Assembly: GCA_965208625.1 (NCBI GenBank)
Contig: OZ242348.1
Coordinates: forward strand, 1,987,957-2,051,956
Length of the DNA: 64,000 bases
Direction: 5' to 3'
Source: Dehalococcoidia bacterium
GTDB lineage: Bacteria; Chloroflexota; Dehalococcoidia; Lucifugimonadales; Australimonadaceae
A program made the position numbers and the translations under genes. Below are positions 52,299 through 61,114 of this stretch, piece after piece. Each line of letters starts with the position of its first letter. The first letter of the stretch is position 1. Under the pieces are notes generated by a model. That model did not search any database, was not told where the DNA came from, and worked only from the letters and a program-made list of their open reading frames with translations.

Positions 52299-53954
52299 TC
52301 ACCCTGCCGGTTCAGTCGCTACCGCTCCCGTACGGCCCACTGCGAAACGCTCGTCTTCCGGCGGCGACACTTGCCCATACGCATCCCGTCCCCAGCAGAC
52401 CGCTGTTCCATCGACCTGCAGCGCGCAGGTATGCACGCCGCCGCTGCTGATGGCCGCATATCGCGCGTTCGGGTCCGGCGGCGACGACTGTCCCTGCGCG
52501 TCGCTGCCCCAGCAGACGGCCGCGCCGTCCGACCGCAGTGCGCAGGTATGCCTTATGCCGCTGCTGATGGCGCTGAAGTTGACGCCTTGCGGTGGCGATG
52601 CCTGTCCCATCTCGTTGGCGCCCCAGCAGACGGCTGCGCCTTCGGTGTCGATGGCGCACGTGTGCAGTCCGCCTGCGCTGATGGCGGTGTACTTTCCGTC
52701 CTCCGGTGGCGTGGTCTGCCCGTAGCGAGCGTCGCCCCAGCAGACAGCCGTGCCGTCCCTGCGGAGCGCACACGTGTGCTGCCCACCGGCGCTGATTACG
52801 TCGAACCGCTCGTCCGGCGGCGGGTCGGCGCGCTTCAGCCCGTCCCAGTAGTCGGGGTCGGAGCTGGTGGGCGTGGGAGTCGGGACGCCTGCGAGTTCGG
52901 GGCCGTTGCTGCCCCAGCAGACGGCTGCGAAGTCACGGCGTATCGCACAGCCGTGGAGCGCGCCGACATCCAGACCGATGAAGAAGTCGCCCAGGCGTGG
53001 CGAGGTACGCACGAGCGGGGTCGACTGCCCCTCGCTGTCGTCGCCCCAGCAGAGCAACGTGGCGTCCGGGCGCAGCCCGCACGTGTTGAAACTGCCCGCG
53101 CTGATGGAGGTGAAGAGCAACTCTTCGGGTGGAAGCGGGTCGTCGTTCTCATCCTTCAGCTTCTCCGGCGACGACTGGTCGTAGACGTCGCTGCCCCAGC
53201 AGACGACGGTCATGTCCGGGCGGAGCGCGCAGGTGTGGTCGCCGCTGCTGCTCAGCGTCACGGGCTGGTTACGCCTTGAGAAGGTCGTGTCCCGGGGTGG
53301 GGGATCGCTTGCAGGCGCCTCGAGCGTCCACGTGCCGCAGCCGGGCAGGGAAACGATAGCGTGGTCGGTCGGCAGGATGGCAACACGCAGCACACCGCTG
53401 GAGGCCGAACCTGCGCCGATGATCTCGCCCTCGCTGGCCCGCACGGTGTGGGCGCGGGCCCACTCACAGTTCCCGGTGAGGCGCTCGCTCACGTACACGC
53501 CGGGAACGATGTCTACGCCTATCCGCCATCTGCCGGGCCCGAACGCCGTCCACGGCTTGGGAAGGGGAGTGGCCGTGGCAGTGGGGGTCGCCGTGGCGGT
53601 GGGCGTCGGCGTGTGAGTAGGCGGAACAGGGGTAGGTGTGCGGGTAGGTGGAACGGAAGTGGGCGTCGCTGTAGGAGGGACTGCGTTTGGGGTGGCAGTC
53701 GGATCCGGCTCCGGCGGAGGCGTCGGTGTCGGCACCGGGGTGAACGTGGGCATAGGCGTGGGCGTGGGGGTGCTCGTGGGAGTCGGCGTCGACTCCGGCG
53801 GGGGCGTCGGTGTCGGCTCTTCCGGCCTGCACGCCGACACAACGAGGAGCACCGCGCACAAGCTCGCGAGCGCGGCGCAGGGCAGGAGACCTCGCGAAGC
53901 GGCGCCTGCGAGGCGGGAGATGGGGAGGGTGCGTATAGGCGACATAACCCTCAA
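52299..53954 (-). CDS. Secreted RCC1-repeat (beta-propeller) protein with Pro/Thr linker
   Basis: 551 aa. Signal peptide/lipobox-like (LLVVSAC) and about 90 aa of PT-rich linker. About 7 repeats of the form HTCALRxDGxxVCWG. Confidence 0.8.
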   Translation of the reverse strand: MRVMSPIRTLPISRLAGAASRGLLPCAALASLCAVLLVVSACRPEEPTPTPPPESTPTPTSTPTPTPMPTFTPVPTPTPPPEPDPTATPNAVPPTATPTSVPPTRTPTPVPPTHTPTPTATATPTATATPLPKPWTAFGPGRWRIGVDIVPGVYVSERLTGNCEWARAHTVRASEGEIIGAGSASSGVLRVAILPTDHAIVSLPGCGTWTLEAPASDPPPRDTTFSRRNQPVTLSSSGDHTCALRPDMTVVCWGSDVYDQSSPEKLKDENDDPLPPEELLFTSISAGSFNTCGLRPDATLLCWGDDSEGQSTPLVRTSPRLGDFFIGLDVGALHGCAIRRDFAAVCWGSNGPELAGVPTPTPTSSDPDYWDGLKRADPPPDERFDVISAGGQHTCALRRDGTAVCWGDARYGQTTPPEDGKYTAISAGGLHTCAIDTEGAAVCWGANEMGQASPPQGVNFSAISSGIRHTCALRSDGAAVCWGSDAQGQSSPPDPNARYAAISSGGVHTCALQVDGTAVCWGRDAYGQVSPPEDERFAVGRTGAVATEPAG

Positions 53955-54105
53955 GGCACATTAGCGACGCGTCCCCTCTCAGTCAACGAGACAGCGCGGC
54001 CTGTTACACTCAACCCCATGCTGGGCCAACCGGCAACATGTGCGTCCCTCGCGATCTGAGCGTGGGGCGCTTATCTGCGTCTATCGGGTAACACGGAGGG
54101 GTCTC

Positions 54106-57100
54106 TTGAGTCTCACAGGACTGCTGGACGTGCTGGGGCAGGCATCGGCCTACCGGCGAACGACAGAGGCGATGGCGTCCGGCGGCGTACATGCCGCTGT
54201 CGCGCCGGACGCCGCCAAGCCGCTCGTGATCGCAGGGCTGTGGCGCGACCTCCAGCGTCCGATGCTGGTGCTCTGCCCTCATCCGGACGACGCGCGACGC
54301 CTGCTCGACCAGCTGGAGGCCTACTGCGGCGAGGACGCGCCGTTGCTGCACTTCGCGGAAGCCGAGGTCTTGCCCTACGAGCGCCTCTCAGTGGAGGCGG
54401 GCACGGTGCACGAGCGCATCCGCGCCCTCGGCGGGCTGCAAGAGACGGATGGTCCCCCACCGCTGCTCGTCGCGTCCGTAACCGGTCTCCTGCAGAAGAC
54501 ACTCCCACCTGCCGCGCTGCGTGACACCACGCAGACCCTCAAGCGCGGGCAGCGCCTCGCCGTCGAGCCCATGCTCACCCAGTGGGCGCGCATGGGCTAT
54601 GCCGTCGGGTCGATGGTGGACCACCCGGGCACGGCGGCGCGGCGCGGCGGGATCGTCGACGTCTACGGACCCGGGCACGACCGCCCGGTGCGGATAGACC
54701 TCTGGGGCGACGAGGTCGACTCGATCCGTGCGTTCGACGCCAACACGCAGCGGTCCGGCCAGCACCTGGACTCGGTGACGGTGCTTCCCGCAGGGGAAAC
54801 GCTTCCCCTGATCGCCGACCACGAACGGATAGACGAACTCATACGCGGCCTGGACTTCGCCAACACGGGCACCTCCGAGCGCGACCGCATCCAGGACGAA
54901 CTGGCCGACCTGCTCGCTGGCGTATCGCTGGACAACGCCTCGTTCTACGCGGGCTTCCTGCTGCGCCACACACTGCTCGACCACCTGCCGGACGACGTCG
55001 TCGTGGTCATGAATGAGCCATCCGAGGCCACCGAGGCTGCGCGGCACGTGGAAGGCGGCGCGGAGAAGATGCGCCTCGCCAAGGAGGAGCGCGGGGCCCT
55101 GCCGATGGGCTTTCCCGCGCCGCTCGCGGACTGGGACACGGTGTCCCAGGCGCTGGAGGAGTTCCCTCACAGGCTGGAGTTGAGCCGCTACCACCAGGGA
55201 GAAACGGGCGGTACCGCCATCGCACTACCGTTCGAGGCGGCGCCGTCCTACCACGGCGCCATCGAGGACCTCGCCGAGGCCGTACAGGGCGGACACCGCG
55301 GCGCGATGGTGATCGCGACGCAGCACTCCCAGCGGCTGCGGGAACTGCTCGCCGAGGCGGACGTGGGAGCGGCGGAGGAGCGGACGCTGGACGCCCCGCC
55401 ACAGCGAAGCGTCACCGTCGTGCATACGACTGTCTCCGGGGGCTGGACGCTCTCAGCGGGGGAAGGCGGCGAACCCCTCGTCACGCTGCTGTCCGACGCG
55501 GAGGTCTTCGGCGCGCGGAAGCAGCGCGTCACCCGCGCCCGGCGCCATGCGCAACGATTCCAGGCGACGACCGTCGAGGAGCTGACGCCTGGGGCGTACG
55601 TCGTGCACGTCGACCACGGCATCGGACGCTTCGCCGGGACCGGCTCCCGGTCCGAGGAGACCGACGCGCCGGGCGGACGCGAATACCTCATCCTCGAATA
55701 TGCGGGCGGCGACCGCCTCTACGTGCCGATGGAGCACCTCGCGCGCCTCTCGCCTTACGCCGGAGGAGAGGAGAAGCCGCCGTCGCTGACGAGCCTCGGC
55801 GGACAGGAGTGGACGCGTGCCGTGTCTCGCGCGCGGGAGTCGACGAAACGGCTCGCCATAGACCTGCTCGCCCTGTACGCCCGGCGCGAGTCTTCAGATG
55901 GCTTCCCGCACGGGAGCGACACGCCGTGGCAGCAGGAGATGGAGGACGCCTTCCCGTTCGTCGAGACGCCCGACCAGCAACGCGCGATAGACGACGTGAA
56001 GGAGGACATGGAGTTCGCGCGGCCCATGGACCGGCTGGTCTGCGGGGACGTTGGGTACGGCAAGACGGAGGTCGCATTGCGGGCGGCGTTCAAGGCGGTG
56101 ATGAGTGGCAAGCAGGCGGCGGTGCTCGTGCCCACAACCGTCCTCGCGCAGCAGCACTACCGCAGCTTCGCCGAGCGCCTGGGTCCCTTCCCTGCGCGGG
56201 TCGAGATGCTCAGCCGGTTCCTCACCTCGAAGGAGCAGGACGAGGTCGTGCGCGGGCTGAGGAGCGGCGAGGTGGACGTGGTCATCGGCACGCACCGGCT
56301 CGTGCAGAAGGACGTGGACTTCAATGACCTCGGCGTCGTCGTCATCGACGAGGAGCACCGCTTCGGCGTAGCGCACAAGGAACGGCTGCGCGAACTGCGC
56401 AGCGAGGTGGACGTGCTCACGCTCACGGCGACCCCCATCCCGCGCACGCTCCACATGGCGATGTCCGGCATACGCGACATCTCCACCATCGAGACCCCGC
56501 CGGAGGAGCGCCTGCCCATCAAGACGTACCTCGCGGAGCGCTCGGACGACCTTGTGAAGGAGGCCGTGCAGCGCGAGTTGGACCGGGGCGGACAGGTCTT
56601 CTTCCTGCACAACCGGGTGAAGAGCATCCACCTGGCGGCAGCGGGCCTGCGCGACCTCGTGCCGGAGGCGCGGATACTCATCGGACACGGGCAGATGCCG
56701 GAGGACGAACTCGCTGAGATCATGGAGCGCTTCGCCGACGGCGAGGGGGACGTGCTCGTCTGCACGACCATCATCGAGTCAGGCCTGGACATCCCGAATG
56801 TGAACACGTTGGTCGTGGACCACGCGGACCGGTTCGGGCTGGCGCAGCTCTACCAGTTGCGCGGACGCATCGGGCGACGGTCGCAGCGCGCCTACGCCTA
56901 CCTGCTCGTGGAGCGTGGGCGGCGGCTGACGGATACGGCGAAGCGCAGGCTCGAAACCATCATGGCGGCCACCGAACTGGGCGCTGGCTTCCGCATCGCG
57001 ATGAAGGACCTGGAGATTCGCGGGGCTGGCAACCTGCTCGGGGGCGAGCAGAGCGGGCACATCCAGGCTGTGGGGTTCGACCTCTACACGCGGCTGTTGT

Positions 57101-57642
57101 CAGAGGCCGTAGCCGAACTGCGAGCGATGCGGGAGGATGGCGCTCCGCCTCCCCCACAGGCCCCCGACCCGATCATCGACCTCGGCCTGCCTGCCTCCAT
57201 CCCGGAGGAACTGGTGCCGCACATGCCCGCGCGGATGGCGATGTACCAGCGGCTGGCGCGCGCCACGACCGTCGCCGACGTGGACGACCTCCCGCGCGAG
57301 TTCATGGAGCGCTTCGGCCACCGCCTGCCGGACGAGCTGCACAACCTACTCTTCGGCGTACGCGTGCGCGTGCTGGCCCGGGCCTCGGGGGTGGAGTCGG
57401 TAACGCGCCGCGCCGACCGCGTCACGCTGAAGCTGGTGGACGAGGTGGGAGGAGCGCGCATCGCGCTGGAGCGCGCGCTCGGCCACGGAACGACGGTGGG
57501 GAACCAGCAGGTGCACGTCCCGCTCGAACAGGGACGCACGCCCTGGGGCCAGGCGCTCCTGGAAGTGCTGGAGGAGCTCGCTGCGTTCCGGGAACGGGCC
57601 GGAGAGTTGAGCGCCCTGCTCGCCCAGGCCTCTGCGCCGTAG
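54106..57642 (+). CDS. mfd: Transcription-repair coupling factor Mfd
   Basis: Frame of ORF 54040..57642. A TTG at 54106 preceded by GGAGGGG is the likelier start. CarD-like region YVVHVDHGIGRF, helicase motifs GDVGYGKTEVA / DEEHRFGV / TATPIPRT, and the TRG motif region. Confidence 0.95.
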   Translation: MSLTGLLDVLGQASAYRRTTEAMASGGVHAAVAPDAAKPLVIAGLWRDLQRPMLVLCPHPDDARRLLDQLEAYCGEDAPLLHFAEAEVLPYERLSVEAGTVHERIRALGGLQETDGPPPLLVASVTGLLQKTLPPAALRDTTQTLKRGQRLAVEPMLTQWARMGYAVGSMVDHPGTAARRGGIVDVYGPGHDRPVRIDLWGDEVDSIRAFDANTQRSGQHLDSVTVLPAGETLPLIADHERIDELIRGLDFANTGTSERDRIQDELADLLAGVSLDNASFYAGFLLRHTLLDHLPDDVVVVMNEPSEATEAARHVEGGAEKMRLAKEERGALPMGFPAPLADWDTVSQALEEFPHRLELSRYHQGETGGTAIALPFEAAPSYHGAIEDLAEAVQGGHRGAMVIATQHSQRLRELLAEADVGAAEERTLDAPPQRSVTVVHTTVSGGWTLSAGEGGEPLVTLLSDAEVFGARKQRVTRARRHAQRFQATTVEELTPGAYVVHVDHGIGRFAGTGSRSEETDAPGGREYLILEYAGGDRLYVPMEHLARLSPYAGGEEKPPSLTSLGGQEWTRAVSRARESTKRLAIDLLALYARRESSDGFPHGSDTPWQQEMEDAFPFVETPDQQRAIDDVKEDMEFARPMDRLVCGDVGYGKTEVALRAAFKAVMSGKQAAVLVPTTVLAQQHYRSFAERLGPFPARVEMLSRFLTSKEQDEVVRGLRSGEVDVVIGTHRLVQKDVDFNDLGVVVIDEEHRFGVAHKERLRELRSEVDVLTLTATPIPRTLHMAMSGIRDISTIETPPEERLPIKTYLAERSDDLVKEAVQRELDRGGQVFFLHNRVKSIHLAAAGLRDLVPEARILIGHGQMPEDELAEIMERFADGEGDVLVCTTIIESGLDIPNVNTLVVDHADRFGLAQLYQLRGRIGRRSQRAYAYLLVERGRRLTDTAKRRLETIMAATELGAGFRIAMKDLEIRGAGNLLGGEQSGHIQAVGFDLYTRLLSEAVAELRAMREDGAPPPPQAPDPIIDLGLPASIPEELVPHMPARMAMYQRLARATTVADVDDLPREFMERFGHRLPDELHNLLFGVRVRVLARASGVESVTRRADRVTLKLVDEVGGARIALERALGHGTTVGNQQVHVPLEQGRTPWGQALLEVLEELAAFRERAGELSALLAQASAP

Positions 57643-57666
57643 CCGCGCTATTGGAGGGGTGACGCG

Positions 57667-57852
57667 CTACGACGCGCTGGCGCGCCGTCGAGGACGCGGC
57701 GCCAGTTCACCCCCGCAGTTCGGACAGACGCTGTCCATGGCAGTGGTACACGCGGGGCAGAACGTGCACTCGTAGGAGCAGATGGATGCGTCGCCCTCGG
57801 GCATCAGCGGCGCGTCGCAGCGCTCACACTGCCCGCGCAACTCCAGGGCCAT
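57667..57852 (-). CDS. DUF1272-type zinc-ribbon protein
   Basis: 61 aa. CERCDAPL....ICSYECTFCPAC....CPNCGGELAPRPRR. Confidence 0.7.
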   Translation of the reverse strand: MALELRGQCERCDAPLMPEGDASICSYECTFCPACTTAMDSVCPNCGGELAPRPRRRASAS

Positions 57853-57858
57853 CGAACG

Positions 57859-58128
57859 CTAGATGTCGGTGCGGTAAGAGCGACCGTTGGAGGGGCCGCG
57901 GCGCGGGCCGCGGCGGCCGCCGCCACCGCCGCCGGAACGGTTGAAGTGCTGGCGCGGCTGGGGTTCGTCCGGTATCGCAGGCCAGGGAGTCGGACTCCCG
58001 CGCAACTCCTCGAGGATCTTCGCCTCATCGGGTTCGATCTCGCCCGCCTCTTCCTTGAGCCGGAGGAGGGTCATGGTGAGCCCTCGGTTCTCCTCGGACA
58101 GATCCGCGAAATAGACCTGGTATGACAT
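57859..58128 (-). CDS. Small acidic protein with Gly/Arg-rich C-terminal tail, unknown function
   Basis: 89 aa, from ATG 58128 within ORF 57859..58440: MSYQVYFADLSEENRGL...NRSGGGGGGRRGPRRGPSNGRSYRTDI. 6 nt upstream of the DUF1272 gene. Confidence 0.45.
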   Translation of the reverse strand: MSYQVYFADLSEENRGLTMTLLRLKEEAGEIEPDEAKILEELRGSPTPWPAIPDEPQPRQHFNRSGGGGGGRRGPRRGPSNGRSYRTDI

Positions 58129-58256
58129 ATGCCTCGCCTCAGCGTGCTCGTGACGCTGCGATTCTGATATTCCAGCCGGTGGGGAATCTCCATCATTATC
58201 GCAGGCGATGGCCCGCCCGCCAAGTGGACAACGGCACGGGCAGACGCCTGCCCTCC

Positions 58257-58288
58257 GATGTGACATCCGCCCCTTACGCCAACGCCCC
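58257..58288 (+). repeat. Dispersed intergenic repeat, copy B
   Basis: GATGTGACATCCGCCCCTTACGCCAACGCCCC. Shares an 18-nt identity with 38415-38432 and 24/28 with the reverse strand of 36099-36126. Confidence 0.6.
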
Positions 58289-58357
58289 ACTGCCGCGTAC
58301 CCTGTCTCCGTACGGCGCGGTGTCGTGCCTGTGCACACCGGCCCCGCGCCGCCTCGG

Positions 58358-58493
58358 ATGAGCAGAAATGAGCAGTTTTGAACACCCGGTGAGCAGAAAA
58401 GAACAGCAAATGAGCAGCTATGAGCAGTCGGACTGCTCACGTCCAGGGCCGGATTCAGAGGTGAATCAGGGTGGGTGAGCAGAAATGAGCAGT
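58358..58493 (+). repeat. TGAGCAG heptamer array with palindrome, overlapping the start of the MetE-like gene
   Basis: Forward copies start at 58359, 58369, 58390, 58411, 58421, 58476 and 58486; an inverted copy lies at 58433-58439. The inverted copy creates the perfect palindrome TGAGCAGTC-G-GACTGCTCA (58421-58439). The 18-nt direct repeat TGAGCAGAAATGAGCAGT occurs at 58359-58376 and 58476-58493. Confidence 0.8.
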
Positions 58494-59621
58494 AATTCCC
58501 TAGAAAACCTTCCTGGCCTGCCCCATGCCGATGTCGTCGGCAGCATGATCAGGCCGGCGGAACTGCTGACTGCACGCGATGACCTCGACGCCGGGCGGAT
58601 CGCGCCTGCGGAGTTCAAGCGCATCGAGGACGCCGCCGTCGACCAGGCTGTCGCCGCACAGGAGGAGGCGGGGCTGGAGATACTGACCGACGGCGAGATA
58701 CGCAGGCTCTCGTTCCAGAGCCAGATGCCGGAGGCCGTCGAGGGCTTCGGCGAGTTCGACGTCGACGCGTTCCTCTGGGGCGATTGGAAGGGCGATGAAC
58801 GGGTCGGCGACCTGAAGAAGGAGCGCCCCTCCACGCTTGGCGTCACCGGTACGCTCCGGCGCAAGCGTCACCTCTCCGCTGAGGAGTTCACCTACCTGCG
58901 AGGCCGCACCACCCGCGTCGCCAAGGTAACGCTGCCGAGCCCCAGCCTCTTCGCCAACTTCTGGTCGCCCGCGAAGTCAGCATCGGCATACCCGACCCTC
59001 GACGCGTTCCTGGCCGACGTCGCGCAGATACTCCGGGAGGAGATCGAGGAACTCGTCCGGCTCGGCGCGACGTACATCCAGCTCGACGCCCCGCAGTACC
59101 CGCTCGTGCTGGACCCCACGTGGGCTGAGTTCTACCGGAGCCGTGGCTGGACGGCGGAAGACTGGGTCGCGCAGGGCGTCGAGTTGGACAACGCCGTCAT
59201 GGACGGCTTCTCGGATGTGACATTCGCCTTCCACCTCTGAAAGGGGAACCAGGGCAGCCGTTGGCTGGCCGAAGGAAGCTACGACCGGCTCGTCGAACCC
59301 GTGCTGCGCCGCGTGAACGCCCAGCGCCTCATGCTGGAGTACGACGACGAACGCTCAGGCTCGTTCGAGCCCCTGCGCGCCGTGCCCGACGACAAGACGG
59401 TCGTGCTCGGACTGGTGACGACCAAGTCGCCGCGCCCCGAGACGCCGGAAGAGCTTGCGGACAGGATCGCCGAGGCTGCACAGCACTTCCCCCGCGAGCA
59501 ACTGGGCGTGAGCCCCCAGTGCGGCTTCGGGACGTCCATCGTGGGCAACAAGCTCACCATCGCGGAGCAGAACGCGAAACTCCGCGTGGTCGCGGACACA
59601 GCACGGCTCGTCTGGGGATGA
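58485..59621 (+). CDS. Cobalamin-independent methionine synthase (MetE C-terminal-like, COG0620) family protein with one in-frame UGA at codon 252 (candidate Sec codon, or pseudogene)
   Basis: ORFs 58485..59240 and 59301..59621 share a frame, and no other stop lies between 59241 and 59621. Family landmarks: LTDGEIRR, IQLDAP, FHL-[UGA]-KGN (H-x-C position), MLEYDDE, SPQCGFGTS. Confidence 0.7.
59252..59270 (+). other. Stem-loop downstream of the in-frame UGA (possible SECIS-like element)
   Basis: GGGCAGCC-GUU-GGCUGGCC. 7 bp with one G.G mismatch; the apical GUU loop lies about 20 nt after UGA 59238-40. Short, so weak on its own. Confidence 0.3.
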
Positions 59622-59676
59622 TGGCTCTGATGTAGAGGCATCCCTTGTGGGCGCCCTTGGCCGGAAGCGCTACCGG

Positions 59677-60123
59677 TCAGGAGCCGTTGCGCGACCAGAG
59701 CGTGTGGTAAGGCCCCTGCCCGCGGATCATCGCGATGGTGGAGCGCCGCTCCCACTGCCGCAGCTCGTCCAGCGCCTCGTCGTACTGGCGGTGCACCGAA
59801 TCGAAGCCGGAGCCGCTGACCCGGCGATACAGCATGTCGCAGACGCCGGACTCCTCGAGGCTCCGTATCGAGCCGACCCAGGGGATGGCGGCAAGCTCGC
59901 GAGCGTGGGGCATGTTGGGGCGGGCGCGGTTGACGTGGCGCAGGCGGCGCTCAGCCGAACCGAGCGGCGGCGAGACCGAGATGCGCGGCGGGTCGTCCGC
60001 CGTGCTCCGGTTGTCATAGACCAGGCACTGGTTGATGAGAGGAAGGATGATGCAGACGACCTCCGACGCCTCGGCGTGCTCGATCGCTTCAGCCATCTCG
60101 CGGTCGTATTCCTGGTCTGCCAT
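59677..60123 (-). CDS. Hypothetical protein, unknown family
   Basis: 148-aa ORF starting 25 nt downstream of etfA on the same strand. No motif recognised. Confidence 0.5.
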   Translation of the reverse strand: MADQEYDREMAEAIEHAEASEVVCIILPLINQCLVYDNRSTADDPPRISVSPPLGSAERRLRHVNRARPNMPHARELAAIPWVGSIRSLEESGVCDMLYRRVSGSGFDSVHRQYDEALDELRQWERRSTIAMIRGQGPYHTLWSRNGS

Positions 60124-60148
60124 CGTCCGACCTCCCTCTCGCTTAATC

Positions 60149-61114
60149 CTACCCCATCAGCTCGTGCAGTTGTTCCATGAACGCGGGCAGCACTTTCTGC
60201 CAATCTCCGGCGACCCCGAAGCGGGCCTCCTTGAAGATGTTAGCCCCGGCGTCCTTGTTGATGGCCACGAGCGTCCGGGAGTTGCTGCACCCGGCCATGT
60301 GCTGGCTGGCGCCGGAGATGCCGACAGCGATGTACAGGTCCGGCGTGACGGTCTTGCCCGTGAGGCCGACCTGGTAACCGGAGGGGACCCACCCCGCGTC
60401 GCACGCCGCGCGGGATGCGCCGACCGCACCGCCGAGCATGTCCGCCAACTCCCGCAGCGAGTCGAACGGCTCCGGCCCGCCAAGTCCTCGTCCGCCGGAG
60501 ACGACGACGCGCGCGTTCTCCAGCCGGACGCCCTCTCCGGCCTCTTCGACGCGCTCCAGCACCCGGGTGCGCACGTTCGCCTCGAAAGCCAGCGGCTGCA
60601 CTTCGCTGGTGCGCGAGGTGTCCGGTTCGAGCGCGTCCACGCTCTTGGGTCGCAGCGAGGCGACGGCAACACTGCCGAGGCAGGCAACCGACGCCTCCGC
60701 ATTACCGCCGTAGACAGGCCGCGTTGCGATGAGGCGTCCGGATTCGTCGAGAGCAAGGCTGGAACAGTCCGACGCCAGCGCGGTGCCGAGCCGGAATGCA
60801 AGCCGTGGCATCACGTCCCGCCCGGTGAGCGTCTTCGCGCCGATGACGTAGCGTGCGCCGCTCTGCGCGGTGGCGGCCTGTGCCGCATCCACCAGCGCAT
60901 CGAACTCCCCATCAGCAGCGGGGCCGTCGACAACCGTGTAGACGATGTCCGCGCCACCCGCGATGACGGCGGAAGCAGCGGTCGCCGCATCCGCGCCCGG
61001 CAGCAGCACGGCCACCTGTCCTACGCCCAGCCCACGTGCGGCGGCGATGCCTTCCAGTGTGGAGGACGAGGGAGCGCCGTCCGCGACCTCGCCGATGATG
61101 AGTGCGTCGGCCAT
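60149..61114 (-). CDS. etfA: Electron transfer flavoprotein alpha subunit
   Basis: 321 aa. The C-terminal FAD-binding signature [19 protein letters not shown] is present. Confidence 0.92.
   Translation of the reverse strand: MADALIIGEVADGAPSSSTLEGIAAARGLGVGQVAVLLPGADAATAASAVIAGGADIVYTVVDGPAADGEFDALVDAAQAATAQSGARYVIGAKTLTGRDVMPRLAFRLGTALASDCSSLALDESGRLIATRPVYGGNAEASVACLGSVAVASLRPKSVDALEPDTSRTSEVQPLAFEANVRTRVLERVEEAGEGVRLENARVVVSGGRGLGGPEPFDSLRELADMLGGAVGASRAACDAGWVPSGYQVGLTGKTVTPDLYIAVGISGASQHMAGCSNSRTLVAINKDAGANIFKEARFGVAGDWQKVLPAFMEQLHELMG

Noticed and set aside
50700-54000. Prophage or genomic island around the portal gene.
   Set aside because: Only one phage-family gene is present. There is no terminase, capsid, tail, integrase, tRNA or att repeats, and no obvious composition shift.
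58129-58484. SAM or cobalamin riboswitch upstream of the MetE-like gene (CCCCACTGCC resembles a B12-box GCCACTG).
   Set aside because: The B12-box-like string lies inside the dispersed repeat, where the other copies differ at that position. I could not find other conserved riboswitch segments there, nor an S-box consensus.
58358-58493. TGAGCAG array as a CRISPR or tandem-repeat locus.
   Set aside because: The units are 7 nt with 3-14 nt spacing, far too short for CRISPR repeats and spacers. There are no cas genes, and the array overlaps a start codon, so a regulatory or duplication explanation is preferred.
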